Source: Candidatus Woesearchaeota archaeon (GTDB lineage Archaea; Nanobdellota; Nanobdellia; UBA10117; ARS21). Taken from it: DNA of 27,015 nucleotides. Shown piece after piece: positions 1-7,557 of the stretch. How positions within the stretch are numbered: position 1 is the stretch's first letter; every line of letters starts with the position of its first letter. The stretch spans positions 1 to 27,015 of the forward strand of contig CAZYQG010000001.1 of assembly GCA_964649785.1 (NCBI GenBank), written 5' to 3'. The notes beneath the pieces are model-generated. The model saw nothing but the letters and a program-made list of their open reading frames with translations, searched no databases and was not told the origin of the DNA. Both the position numbers and the translations under genes were made by a program.

Positions 1-1
1 A

Positions 2-277
2 ACTTCCAGATTCAAAAGTGACCTTATCTTCAAGACTTAAATTTTCAATATTTTCTCTTGCAACCTTTATTGCATAAGGATTGATATCAATACCGTTCCA
101 ACTATTTGCGAACTCACTTAGATATATTGCAAGTCTTCCGTCTCCACAACCAATATCAAGTATATTTTTTCCATCCAAAGAAACATGTTTTTCTATAATG
201 GATTTATATTTTTCAGTGAGTGCAGGAGTCAGATTTCCTTTGCTTGTGTACTTAACGTAAAAATCAGGATTATTCAT
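2..277 (-). CDS. Class I SAM-dependent methyltransferase, N-terminal part (runs off the left edge; not in ORF track)
   Basis: Hand translation from ATG at 277: MNNPDFYVKYTSKGNLTPALTEKYKSIIEKHVSLDGKNILDIGCGDGRLAIYLSEFANSWNGIDINPYAIKVARENIENLSLEDKVTFESGS. Contains motif I LDIGCGDG and motif II GIDIN. Start overlaps the rps27ae stop by 8 nt. Confidence 0.88.
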   Translation of the reverse strand, partial: MNNPDFYVKYTSKGNLTPALTEKYKSIIEKHVSLDGKNILDIGCGDGRLAIYLSEFANSWNGIDINPYAIKVARENIENLSLEDKVTFESGS

Positions 278-476
278 TTTTTTCAGAAGGTTTTTCTTCT
301 TGTTCTTGAGCGTTAGATTCTGTGTGTCCAGTTACACCACAATGTTTTCTGTCTTTGTGTATTGCCATGAACAAACCATTGTCTTTTGGTGATCGAGGAT
401 TCTTTCGGATTAGTTGTCCGTCTTTAACTTCGTAAAGCTTCCATCTTTGATATGCTGGTTTCTTTTCGTCTGCCAT
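270..476 (-). CDS. rps27ae: 30S ribosomal protein S27ae (eS31), zinc-ligand-degenerate form
   Basis: YEVKDGQLIRKN..SPK....FMAIHKDR.HCG..GHTE matches the S27ae pattern. Located directly after rps24e, as in the conserved archaeal operon. Confidence 0.9.
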   Translation of the reverse strand: MADEKKPAYQRWKLYEVKDGQLIRKNPRSPKDNGLFMAIHKDRKHCGVTGHTESNAQEQEEKPSEKNE

Positions 477-928
477 TATTCAGTTGCTTCCTCTTCTTTT
501 GTTTCTTCAGTTTCTGTAGCTTCTGCTTCAGCTACATCTTCTGTAGAAGTTTCTTCAGCTGGAGTCTCTTCAGCCGGTGTTTCAGCAGCAGCTTTTTCTT
601 CAGCTTTCTTAGCCTTGGCTTCTTCAGCTGCTTTCTTTTCTGCTTCAAATGCTTTTTCTCTCCGAGTAGCGAAGTGTTTATTTTCAATCTTTGAAATTAC
701 TTCTGCGTTGTCGTAGATATAGAATTTTGCTAAGCTTTTGTTTGATCCGAATCCAGTTTTCATTTTCTTCAGAACAATTTGCTCAGCTGGAGCTTTGAAT
801 TTAACTGACATGAATTTGTATAGTTCTGCACGAGAAGGAGTTTGTGTATTCTTGTGATCAATTTCTAGATTAATCTCTTTACGTGAGAACAACTTATTTT
901 CTGTTTCTTGTAATACTTTTGTTTTCAT
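476..928 (-). CDS. rps24e: 30S ribosomal protein S24e with acidic/Ala-rich C-terminal tail
   Basis: N-terminal ENKLFSRKEI..TPSR..KTGFG..YIYD is the eS24 signature. Operon position between spt4 and rps27ae. Confidence 0.93.
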   Translation of the reverse strand: MKTKVLQETENKLFSRKEINLEIDHKNTQTPSRAELYKFMSVKFKAPAEQIVLKKMKTGFGSNKSLAKFYIYDNAEVISKIENKHFATRREKAFEAEKKAAEEAKAKKAEEKAAAETPAEETPAEETSTEDVAEAEATETEETKEEEATE

Positions 929-1074
929 TATCTTAATCCGTATTCTCCCGGTTTGGAGATTTTAGCCTTTTTAGCTATTTCTGATTCTTCAGGATGAAAT
1001 ACAACCAATCTACCTTTCCAAGTTTCTGATTCTTTCAATCCCTTTGCGATTATTGGTAATTTTTTCTTTGCCAT
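928..1074 (-). CDS. spt4: Transcription elongation factor Spt4 (RpoE''), 48 aa, lacking the zinc ribbon (not in ORF track)
   Basis: Hand translation: MAKKKLPIIAKGLKESETWKGRLVVFHPEESEIAKKAKISKPGEYGLR*. The S..WKG....P..SEIAK....PG.Y pattern is the Spt4 C-terminal half. Located immediately after rpoE1, with a TAATG overlap into rps24e. Confidence 0.88.
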   Translation of the reverse strand: MAKKKLPIIAKGLKESETWKGRLVVFHPEESEIAKKAKISKPGEYGLR

Positions 1075-1077
1075 TTT

Positions 1078-1632
1078 TTAATTAGCTTTAGACTCAACTT
1101 TTCTGATATCATCAAGCCATTCTGATTTTCCAAGATATGGTTGACGCATAGTCATACCAATTTTTGGTTCTTGTGTGTTCTTGATGCTTACAGCAATGAT
1201 TCTTGCTCGGACTTTGTCCTTGACTTTCAGTACTTTCTTTGAGTCTTTCCCAAGAAGAGTACCTTCTTTGCTGAATGATACGAAGTCATCCATCGTTTGT
1301 GAAATGTGAATCATTCCTTCGAATGGTCCAAAGTCAACAAATGCTCCGAATTTTGCGATGTCTTTAATCTCACCTTCAATAAGATCGTTTGTTTCAGGTA
1401 AATAGTGAACAACGTTGAATGTTACGTTGTGAAATGCTGCTCCATCACCATGGATTATGATTCCATCTTCAATATTTTTTATTGATTGAATTGCTATTAC
1501 TCGTCCAAGTTGGTCAATTACTTTGTTTTCGTAATTTCGTCTAAGTTCTTCAGTTACAACTTTCTTTAAGTCTTCACTAAATCGACTTGGATCAACTCTG
1601 ACAACGCCTTCGACTGCGGATTTGTAATACAT
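1078..1632 (-). CDS. rpoE1: DNA-directed RNA polymerase subunit E' (Rpo7)
   Basis: GDGAAFHNVTF, S1 domain FGAFVDFGPFEGMIHISQ, and C-terminal KIGMTMRQPYLGK. Confidence 0.97.
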   Translation of the reverse strand: MYYKSAVEGVVRVDPSRFSEDLKKVVTEELRRNYENKVIDQLGRVIAIQSIKNIEDGIIIHGDGAAFHNVTFNVVHYLPETNDLIEGEIKDIAKFGAFVDFGPFEGMIHISQTMDDFVSFSKEGTLLGKDSKKVLKVKDKVRARIIAVSIKNTQEPKIGMTMRQPYLGKSEWLDDIRKVESKAN

Positions 1633-1656
1633 CGTAGTTTTGATGTGATTGGTAGC

Positions 1657-1670
1657 TTTTTAAACGTTTC
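1657..1670 (-). promoter_or_regulatory. BRE/TATA-like promoter of rpoE1 (probably leaderless transcript)
   Basis: Minus strand GAAACG-TTTAAAAA at -32 to -25 from the ATG at 1632. Contains the TAA stop of the PIN gene. Confidence 0.6.
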
Positions 1671-2037
1671 TAATCAGTTTTTTGCTAATAGTGAATATTT
1701 GTACAGATTCAGCCTTTAGACGCTTTTTGAGTATCTTGTCGTTAGTAAGCACTGAAAAGTTCTTTGCCACTGCAAATTCTAATATTTTGTCATCTGGATG
1801 ACCTCTTCCAAGATAAACAGTATCTACTTTTGAGAATTTAATTATTTGAATTGCTAATTTTGCTGCATTTTTATCAGCACCCTTTTGTTTTTTGTCGGTT
1901 TGAATAAATTCTAATTCTTTCAAGACTTCATTTGGAATTATAATTTTTGTAAAACCCATTTTTTTGAGTTCTGTGATTACATCTACTTTTTCCTTTGCTG
2001 CATAAATTAATGAATTTGTATCAATTACAATTTGCAT
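1660..2037 (-). CDS. PIN-domain ribonuclease (Fcf1/Utp24-like); start reassigned from 2163 to 2037
   Basis: MQIVIDTNS, IPNEVLKEL, DD and TND acidic PIN residues. Usual position upstream of rpoE1. The longer start overlaps the divergent MTase, and a TATA box sits 21-29 nt upstream of 2037. Confidence 0.85.
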   Translation of the reverse strand: MQIVIDTNSLIYAAKEKVDVITELKKMGFTKIIIPNEVLKELEFIQTDKKQKGADKNAAKLAIQIIKFSKVDTVYLGRGHPDDKILEFAVAKNFSVLTNDKILKKRLKAESVQIFTISKKLIRNV

Positions 2038-2057
2038 AAGTATAATTTTCGAATGCC

Positions 2058-2066
2058 TTATTAAAA
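2058..2066. promoter_or_regulatory. Shared bidirectional TATA element for PIN (-) and MTase (+)
   Basis: TTATTAAAA / TTTTAATAA centred in the 48-bp gap between ATGs at 2037 and 2086. Confidence 0.55.
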
Positions 2067-2085
2067 CGTATTGATATGACTTGCT

Positions 2086-2571
2086 ATGTTGAAAGCGATT
2101 AAGGCAAAGGAGTTGTATGATAAGACTGCAAAGTTGTATAATTTTCGATATAGAAGAACTCAATTTGAGAAGTATAAAATTGCTTTACATGATCAATTGC
2201 TTGATGGAGAGATTTTAGATTTGGGTTCAGGAACTGGTCTGCTGTCTAAATTTCTAGGAAAGAGGATCCATCAAGTTGACGTTTCAAAAGGAATGCTTTT
2301 GTTGAGTCGCGGCAGAAGAGTTCAAGCAGATATTTCGAAGCTACCTTTTAGGGCAAATAAATTTGATTATGTTTTGAGTTTTTCTGCTTTAATGAATGCA
2401 GAAAACCCTGAAGCAGCAGCAAAAGAAGTTAAACGAGTTTTGAAACCTGGTGGAACATTTATTGTTACTTATTTGAAAAGTTTTGATTTTACAAATATGT
2501 TAAAGAGGTATTTCAAATTAATTGATTCTCGTGATTGTGGAGAAGATGTTTGCTTTATTTTGAAGAATTAA
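2086..2571 (+). CDS. Class I SAM-dependent methyltransferase (Methyltransf_11-like)
   Basis: ILDLGSGTG, VDVSKGML, ADISKLPF..NKFDYV and RVLKPGG motifs. Substrate unknown. Confidence 0.9.
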   Translation: MLKAIKAKELYDKTAKLYNFRYRRTQFEKYKIALHDQLLDGEILDLGSGTGLLSKFLGKRIHQVDVSKGMLLLSRGRRVQADISKLPFRANKFDYVLSFSALMNAENPEAAAKEVKRVLKPGGTFIVTYLKSFDFTNMLKRYFKLIDSRDCGEDVCFILKN

Positions 2572-3140
2572 ACACGAACAAATAATTTATATCTGTCACC
2601 ATCTTCAAGTTCAAATAGAATTCTATCTATGATTGCTTTCTTTGGATTTGGAACTGCTTTAACTCGCTCTTTAATTTCATCAAAAGATTTGAATGGTTCA
2701 ATTGTTCTTTGTTCTAAAATTTCTCGAGAGTGTCGCTTACCTATTCCTGGAAGTAATTCAAGTTGGTGAGATCTAAGTGAGATTGGTCCAGAGTTATTGT
2801 AGAAATTTAGATATTTCTCTTCATTTTCTGAGACTAATTTTTCAACTATAAAGTTCAATTCTCTTTTTGCTGTTTGAGTTAATTTAACCGTTTGCAATGC
2901 ACCTTTAATGTATGCAATATCTGGACGATCATCATCACCAATATAAACTTCATCGTGAGGTTTGAAACTTTTATCTGGTTTTGAAACTAATTCTAAAAGT
3001 ACGAAATGATCTTTTCCAAGTGCTTGAATTATTGGCTCTTTTTGGTGAAAAGGTCTAGAATCAGAAGAATAACCGTTCTTGAGAAAATCGAGTACTATTG
3101 CATGTTCTTCCTTTGCTCTTCGTGGTCTTTCTTGATTCAT
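2568..3140 (-). CDS. DUF655 family putative RNA-binding protein (HhH)
   Basis: EEHAIVLDFL, QALG..HFVLLEL, HQLELLPGIGK and EPFKSFDEI. Conserved position after rpoF. Confidence 0.92.
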   Translation of the reverse strand: MNQERPRRAKEEHAIVLDFLKNGYSSDSRPFHQKEPIIQALGKDHFVLLELVSKPDKSFKPHDEVYIGDDDRPDIAYIKGALQTVKLTQTAKRELNFIVEKLVSENEEKYLNFYNNSGPISLRSHQLELLPGIGKRHSREILEQRTIEPFKSFDEIKERVKAVPNPKKAIIDRILFELEDGDRYKLFVRV

Positions 3141-3161
3141 TTCGAATTTCTCCTATTGTTT

Positions 3162-3497
3162 TCATTGGGCTTTTATGATGTCAAGAATCTTTTTTAGATT
3201 CTCTTTTGTGACTGTGATTTGTTTTCCAGCAAACACAGTGTTTAATTCACCGTCATTTTTTGGTAACATGTTTGCAATTTCAACAGCCGCCTCTTCAGTC
3301 ATTCGAGGGATGTCTGCTGATCTAAGCTCCTTAACTAACTTAGTAGCTGAAGCTTTATCAAGTTTGTTAAACCGTGTTGCAAAGTCCTTTATCTTTTGCT
3401 GACTTCCACTTAATTCACCTTTCTTTTCTAGATCGTCAAGTGTTTCTTTGACTTCAGCAATAGTCAATGGTGTTTTGCTTATGATTTGTACTTCCAT
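3162..3497 (-). CDS. rpoF: DNA-directed RNA polymerase subunit F (Rpo4)
   Basis: LTIAEVKETL, AVEIANMLPK..ELNTVF (HRDC-like fold). Located between rpl21e and DUF655. Confidence 0.9.
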   Translation of the reverse strand: MEVQIISKTPLTIAEVKETLDDLEKKGELSGSQQKIKDFATRFNKLDKASATKLVKELRSADIPRMTEEAAVEIANMLPKNDGELNTVFAGKQITVTKENLKKILDIIKAQ

Positions 3498-3498
3498 T

Positions 3499-3807
3499 TT
3501 ATTTTTGTCTTACCAAATGTACTGCGCGTGCAATAACTTTCTTAGGTTTATTACCGTGCTTGATTTGTAGTAAGTATGAGTTTGTTCCTTCTTTTGATAG
3601 GATTTTTCCAATCAAGTTTCGGAATCTTGGATGTGGCATTCCTTTTTGGACTGCAGGTTCTTGAATTATTCTGACCTTTTCTCCAACTTCGAATTTTCTC
3701 AATAGTCGCGAGATAGTCACTTTTCCGTGCGTTCCTGCACTTTTTCTTAGCTTGCTTCTAGTTCCAGAACGAAATCCGCCCTTTCTACCAGTTCCTGCTC
3801 CTGCCAT
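3499..3807 (-). CDS. rpl21e: 50S ribosomal protein L21e
   Basis: GFRSGTRSKLRK, FEVGEKV, KGMPHPRF and AVHL. Confidence 0.96.
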   Translation of the reverse strand: MAGAGTGRKGGFRSGTRSKLRKSAGTHGKVTISRLLRKFEVGEKVRIIQEPAVQKGMPHPRFRNLIGKILSKEGTNSYLLQIKHGNKPKKVIARAVHLVRQK

Positions 3808-3828
3808 AATTTATTCTACGTTAGTGTG

Positions 3829-3843
3829 TTTTTAAAGGTTTCG
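3829..3843 (-). promoter_or_regulatory. BRE/TATA-like promoter of rpl21e
   Basis: Minus strand CGAAACC-TTTAAAAA at -29 to -22 from the ATG at 3807. Confidence 0.6.
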
Positions 3844-3854
3844 AGATGCTTTCT

Positions 3855-5213
3855 CTAAAACATTCCAGGCATTTTTGGCATGCCTTTCTTTCCCATTAAT
3901 TTTTGCATTCTTGCGAACTTTTTTGATTTTCCAGAGAATGCTTTCATCATTTTCTTCATTTGCTTATATTGTTTAATCAAATCTCGCATTTCAGTTTCAT
4001 CTCTTCCTGAACCTTTTACAATTCTTTGAATTCTTGATTCATTCATTAAAGAAGGATTATCTTTTTCTTGTACGGTCATTGAGTCCATTAAGTATTTCCA
4101 TACTTTCATATTCTCTTCTTGCTCTTTCAATTGATCTTTTGGAATATTCATTTTTCCCATTCCTGGAATCATGTTTGCAACTTGTCCAAGCGGTCCCATT
4201 TTTTTCAGAGCCTCCATTTGATTGTACAAATCAGTGAAAGAAATTTCTCCTTTCATGATATTTTTTGCAGCCTTTTCTGCTGTTTCTTGATCAATTGCTT
4301 CACTGGCTTTTTCTAAAAGAGTTTCAAGATCTCCCATTCCCAAAATTCTAGAAACGAAATTTTTTGGTTTAAATTCTTCAATTGCGTCAAGTTTTTCTCC
4401 AACTCCAATGAAATTTACTTTTGCCTTTGTTGCTGCAGCTGCCGAAAGAGCTCCACCACCTTTTGCAGTACCATCAAGTTTTGTAACAATAACTCCAGTT
4501 ACTCCTACTGCTTTGTGGAATGATTCTGCTGTTTTTTGAGCCGCTTGTCCAATATCTCCAGATAAAACTAACAGTTTAGTTTGAGCTTGAACTGCTTTAT
4601 CGATTGATTCAATTTCTTTTGTTAATTCATCATTCAATGCGTCTCGACCTGCAGTATCGATGATTACTAATTCATAGTTTTCTAGATCTTTCTTGACTGC
4701 GTTATAAATTTTTACTGGATTTCTTTCTTTTGCATCACCATAAAAATCAACTTTCAAAACATCAGCCAATTGTTTTAATTGAGCATAAGCTGCCGGTCTC
4801 CAAGTGTCAGTTTGAACAAGTGCGATTTTCTTCCCTCGCTTCTTGTATAATTTTGCAAGTTTTCCTGCAGTAGTAGTTTTACCTGAACCGAACAGACCAA
4901 CTAACATAATTTTTGTTGGTTTAACTTCAGTCGGAATTTCTTCGAATTCCTTTCCTAAAAGATTAGTTAATTCTTCATAAACAATGTTGACAGTATGTTC
5001 TCTAGCAGTTAATCCACCAGCTACTTTTTCCTTAAGTGCCCGCTTTTCAATATTTTTTGCTATTTCTCGGGCAAGTTCAATTGAAACGTCTGCTGAAATC
5101 AGTGATTTCTTGATTTCTGAGCAGAGTTCTTCTACTGCTTCTTTGTCAACTTTACCTGAAGTCAGCTTTTTCAGAGCGTTTTTCAGAGAGTCAGATAACT
5201 TATCTAAGACCAT
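3855..5213 (-). CDS. srp54: Signal recognition particle protein SRP54
   Basis: GLFGSGKTTT, DTWRPAAY, DTAGR, TKLDGTAKGGGALS, RILGMGD and a Met-rich M domain. Confidence 0.98.
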   Translation of the reverse strand: MVLDKLSDSLKNALKKLTSGKVDKEAVEELCSEIKKSLISADVSIELAREIAKNIEKRALKEKVAGGLTAREHTVNIVYEELTNLLGKEFEEIPTEVKPTKIMLVGLFGSGKTTTAGKLAKLYKKRGKKIALVQTDTWRPAAYAQLKQLADVLKVDFYGDAKERNPVKIYNAVKKDLENYELVIIDTAGRDALNDELTKEIESIDKAVQAQTKLLVLSGDIGQAAQKTAESFHKAVGVTGVIVTKLDGTAKGGGALSAAAATKAKVNFIGVGEKLDAIEEFKPKNFVSRILGMGDLETLLEKASEAIDQETAEKAAKNIMKGEISFTDLYNQMEALKKMGPLGQVANMIPGMGKMNIPKDQLKEQEENMKVWKYLMDSMTVQEKDNPSLMNESRIQRIVKGSGRDETEMRDLIKQYKQMKKMMKAFSGKSKKFARMQKLMGKKGMPKMPGMF

Positions 5214-5234
5214 GTTTATCTCGGATTTTGGGGC

Positions 5235-5248
5235 TTTTTAAGCGTTTA
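5235..5248 (-). promoter_or_regulatory. TATA-like promoter of srp54
   Basis: Minus strand TAAACG-CTTAAAAA at -29 to -22 from the ATG at 5213, directly beside the left 25-bp repeat. Confidence 0.55.
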
Positions 5249-5249
5249 G

Positions 5250-5274
5250 ATTATAAAATTTGTTTAATTATTTC
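5250..5274. repeat. 25-bp perfect direct repeat, left copy (att-like)
   Basis: ATTATAAAATTTGTTTAATTATTTC, identical to 9983-10007. Confidence 0.95.
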
Positions 5275-5317
5275 GTCAATAAACAAATATTAAAAATTAA
5301 TGAGGCTCTAAATATTT

Positions 5318-5899
5318 ATGTTCAAAGAAGAATTATTTTCGTTAATAGATTCATTGGAAGAGCTATATCAAACTGAACAGGTTAGCGATAAACAATATTC
5401 TTTACCAAAACTTTGCAACCTTATTCAAAAAAACCACGATGCAAATTCCAAACTTTGGATTAATGAGGAAGTTGCGAGGTCTGATGATATTGAAAACTCA
5501 AAAATTGTTAATGCAAAACGAAAGATTGATAGTTTAAATCAAATAAGAAATGATTGCGTTGAGTTAATCAATAATGAGTTAGTATCGCTTTTGTTAAAAG
5601 ATAAGATTAATCTTGACGATTTTGAAAAGTTCAATTCAGAAAGTTTTGGGAGTATAATTGATAGATTCTCAATAATGTATTTGAAACATTTTTACATGTT
5701 TCAACTTATAAATAACTCAAACTTAGAAGAATCTTTAAAAGCTTCTTGCAAAACTAAACTCTCGTTGATTGAAAATCAAAAGGCAGATCTTAAATATTTT
5801 CTCCAGGAATTGATTGAAGATATGTATTCTAAACGTCGCGCGTTTAAAATATACAAACAATTTAAAACATACAACAATCCAAAATTAAGAACATTTTAA
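5318..5899 (+). CDS. DUF4254 family protein (all-alpha, function unknown)
   Basis: NSKLWINEEVAR, KRKIDSLNQIRND, ESFGSIIDRFSIMYLKHFYM and YKQFKTYN match the DUF4254 motif series as I recall it. Confidence 0.78.
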   Translation: MFKEELFSLIDSLEELYQTEQVSDKQYSLPKLCNLIQKNHDANSKLWINEEVARSDDIENSKIVNAKRKIDSLNQIRNDCVELINNELVSLLLKDKINLDDFEKFNSESFGSIIDRFSIMYLKHFYMFQLINNSNLEESLKASCKTKLSLIENQKADLKYFLQELIEDMYSKRRAFKIYKQFKTYNNPKLRTF

Positions 5900-7507
5900 T
5901 TTATATAATGGAGATATTTTAATTGAGTCCTCAATTGTTCTATTATCTAGGTTTTTTACATTTTTTAATAATTCCAAAGGATTGTAATACTCTAGAAATT
6001 CTTCCAGTTTAAATTCTTTTGAAAGTTTGATATAATTTTTGTAAATATTTTCAAGATTCCCCTTTTTAGGAAGATTGGTTTCGCATCCAATTTTATCTAT
6101 CAAAGTTAGAACATTATCTAATCTATTTGATTCTTTCTTACTAATTACTACAGGCAACTGATAGGGTGAATAGCCACAGAATCCGATTGGAGATTCTCCA
6201 GCCATAGACCTTTTACTTTCATTATCCCAGCTTTCTGCGAAATATATAGTGAAATTGATTATTTTCTTATGCGTAACTAATGAAGCTATTGCAGAATCGC
6301 AAGCAAATACTAAGTTTATATTATTCACTTCAATCTTTTTACTTAACTCAGATATAGATTTGTCTTCCAGTATTTTACATAATGAATATCTCAATTCAAT
6401 TTGTGTTAACAACTTTTCAACTAATTTATAGTTTTTTGAACCTTTCTTTCCACATGAGATAAATATATTATTTACTTTTTTACTGTCTAAGTTTATGACC
6501 AAATTTTTCACAAAATTCAAACTCATTTCCTTTACCTTTGTAGATGCAAACGGTGCAATCAATATGTTAAGATTATGTTTATCTAACTTTAAATTATTTT
6601 TTCCAAATAAATTGATGTTGCAAGGCATAAATGGTTCAAGACAATCATTCATATGTGCTTCAATGTTGCCCGAGCTTAGTAATGGATCTTCCCGCTTAAG
6701 ATGAACAATTCTATTCTTATTATTTGGATTTATATTTACTAATAAATTTCTCCCAGGCAGGAAGTAAGTTAGCTTTTTATTTAAAGTTCCAATTATATCG
6801 ACTGAGCTTATGAAATGAGCATCAATTATGTCTGGCATAATTATTAGAGAATTATCCTTAATTGTTTGTTTCATTATATTAATATCCAGATCTTTAATAT
6901 TTATGAAATCTTGACTGATATGGTTCTTGAAACGTGAAAAACTGGAAACGATATTCAAGTTAAATTGCTCTTTAAGTTTATTTGAGTAATAACGACTTAT
7001 GATAGTATCACCAATATAATTGAATAAATTTATTGAATAAGCATTCCTAACATTCTTTAAATTTTTTAAAACTTCCTTTCTAAATTCTATCAATTTTACA
7101 TTTTCAATTTTTGTATTAAGAATTGATTCTAACACTTCCCTTTGTTCTTTCCTAAGTATTTCTGAACACAAACAAAGTCTGATTTCATATCCACTAACTT
7201 TTTTATTGATGATTTTTGATAAAATCTCAAAAGGATAACCTATTTGTAGTCTGAAGTTACCAGACCTTTTTTTTGTGATCATTAGAAATATATTTTTTTC
7301 TAATTCAATGATTTTATATTTTTCAGATTTTAAAACAACTTTTTTAATAATTCTATCAATTTTCACATTATTTTTTTTGTAGAACTTTTCCAAATAACTA
7401 AGTGAATCAGTAAATATATCGCCAACATTCGTTTCAGTAATAATATTCTTTTTACAATTTTTTAAATGGAAATCAGATATTTGTGTTAAATGCGTTGATA
7501 ATGCCAT
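5885..7507 (-). CDS. GT-B glycosyltransferase, GT9/heptosyltransferase-like, with ~150-aa extra N-terminal region
   Basis: YIGDTII (cf. GT9 iGD.vl), ILIAPFASTKVKE (cf. PGAS...K.W) and SISELSKKI....LVFACDSAIASL (cf. l.el..li..adl.i..Dsg..Hl). Highly divergent; the canonical His is not seen. Confidence 0.55.
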   Translation of the reverse strand: MALSTHLTQISDFHLKNCKKNIITETNVGDIFTDSLSYLEKFYKKNNVKIDRIIKKVVLKSEKYKIIELEKNIFLMITKKRSGNFRLQIGYPFEILSKIINKKVSGYEIRLCLCSEILRKEQREVLESILNTKIENVKLIEFRKEVLKNLKNVRNAYSINLFNYIGDTIISRYYSNKLKEQFNLNIVSSFSRFKNHISQDFINIKDLDINIMKQTIKDNSLIIMPDIIDAHFISSVDIIGTLNKKLTYFLPGRNLLVNINPNNKNRIVHLKREDPLLSSGNIEAHMNDCLEPFMPCNINLFGKNNLKLDKHNLNILIAPFASTKVKEMSLNFVKNLVINLDSKKVNNIFISCGKKGSKNYKLVEKLLTQIELRYSLCKILEDKSISELSKKIEVNNINLVFACDSAIASLVTHKKIINFTIYFAESWDNESKRSMAGESPIGFCGYSPYQLPVVISKKESNRLDNVLTLIDKIGCETNLPKKGNLENIYKNYIKLSKEFKLEEFLEYYNPLELLKNVKNLDNRTIEDSIKISPLYKLKCS

Positions 7508-7528
7508 TAGTTAGTTATATTTGGAAAG

Positions 7529-7538
7529 AAATATATTT
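7529..7538. promoter_or_regulatory. Palindromic bidirectional TATA element for GT9-like (-) and kinase (+)
   Basis: Perfect palindrome AAATATATTT in the 50-bp gap between ATGs at 7507 and 7558. Confidence 0.55.
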
Positions 7539-7557
7539 GTTCCGTACAAGCAAGATT

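Noticed and set aside
414-716. Plus-strand ORFs 414-716 and 452-694 (Ser/Ala- and Phe/Ser-rich)
   Set aside because: Antisense shadows of the low-complexity S24e tail. The same applies to 12595-12810 opposite the L31e tail and to the other short antisense ORFs in the track.
2038-2163. Long N-terminal extensions given by the track (PIN 2163; kinase 7483; rps19e 13656; 20003; 24368; pfdA 11887)
   Set aside because: They overlap neighbouring genes or promoters. Downstream ATGs fit the domain starts and the TATA spacing.
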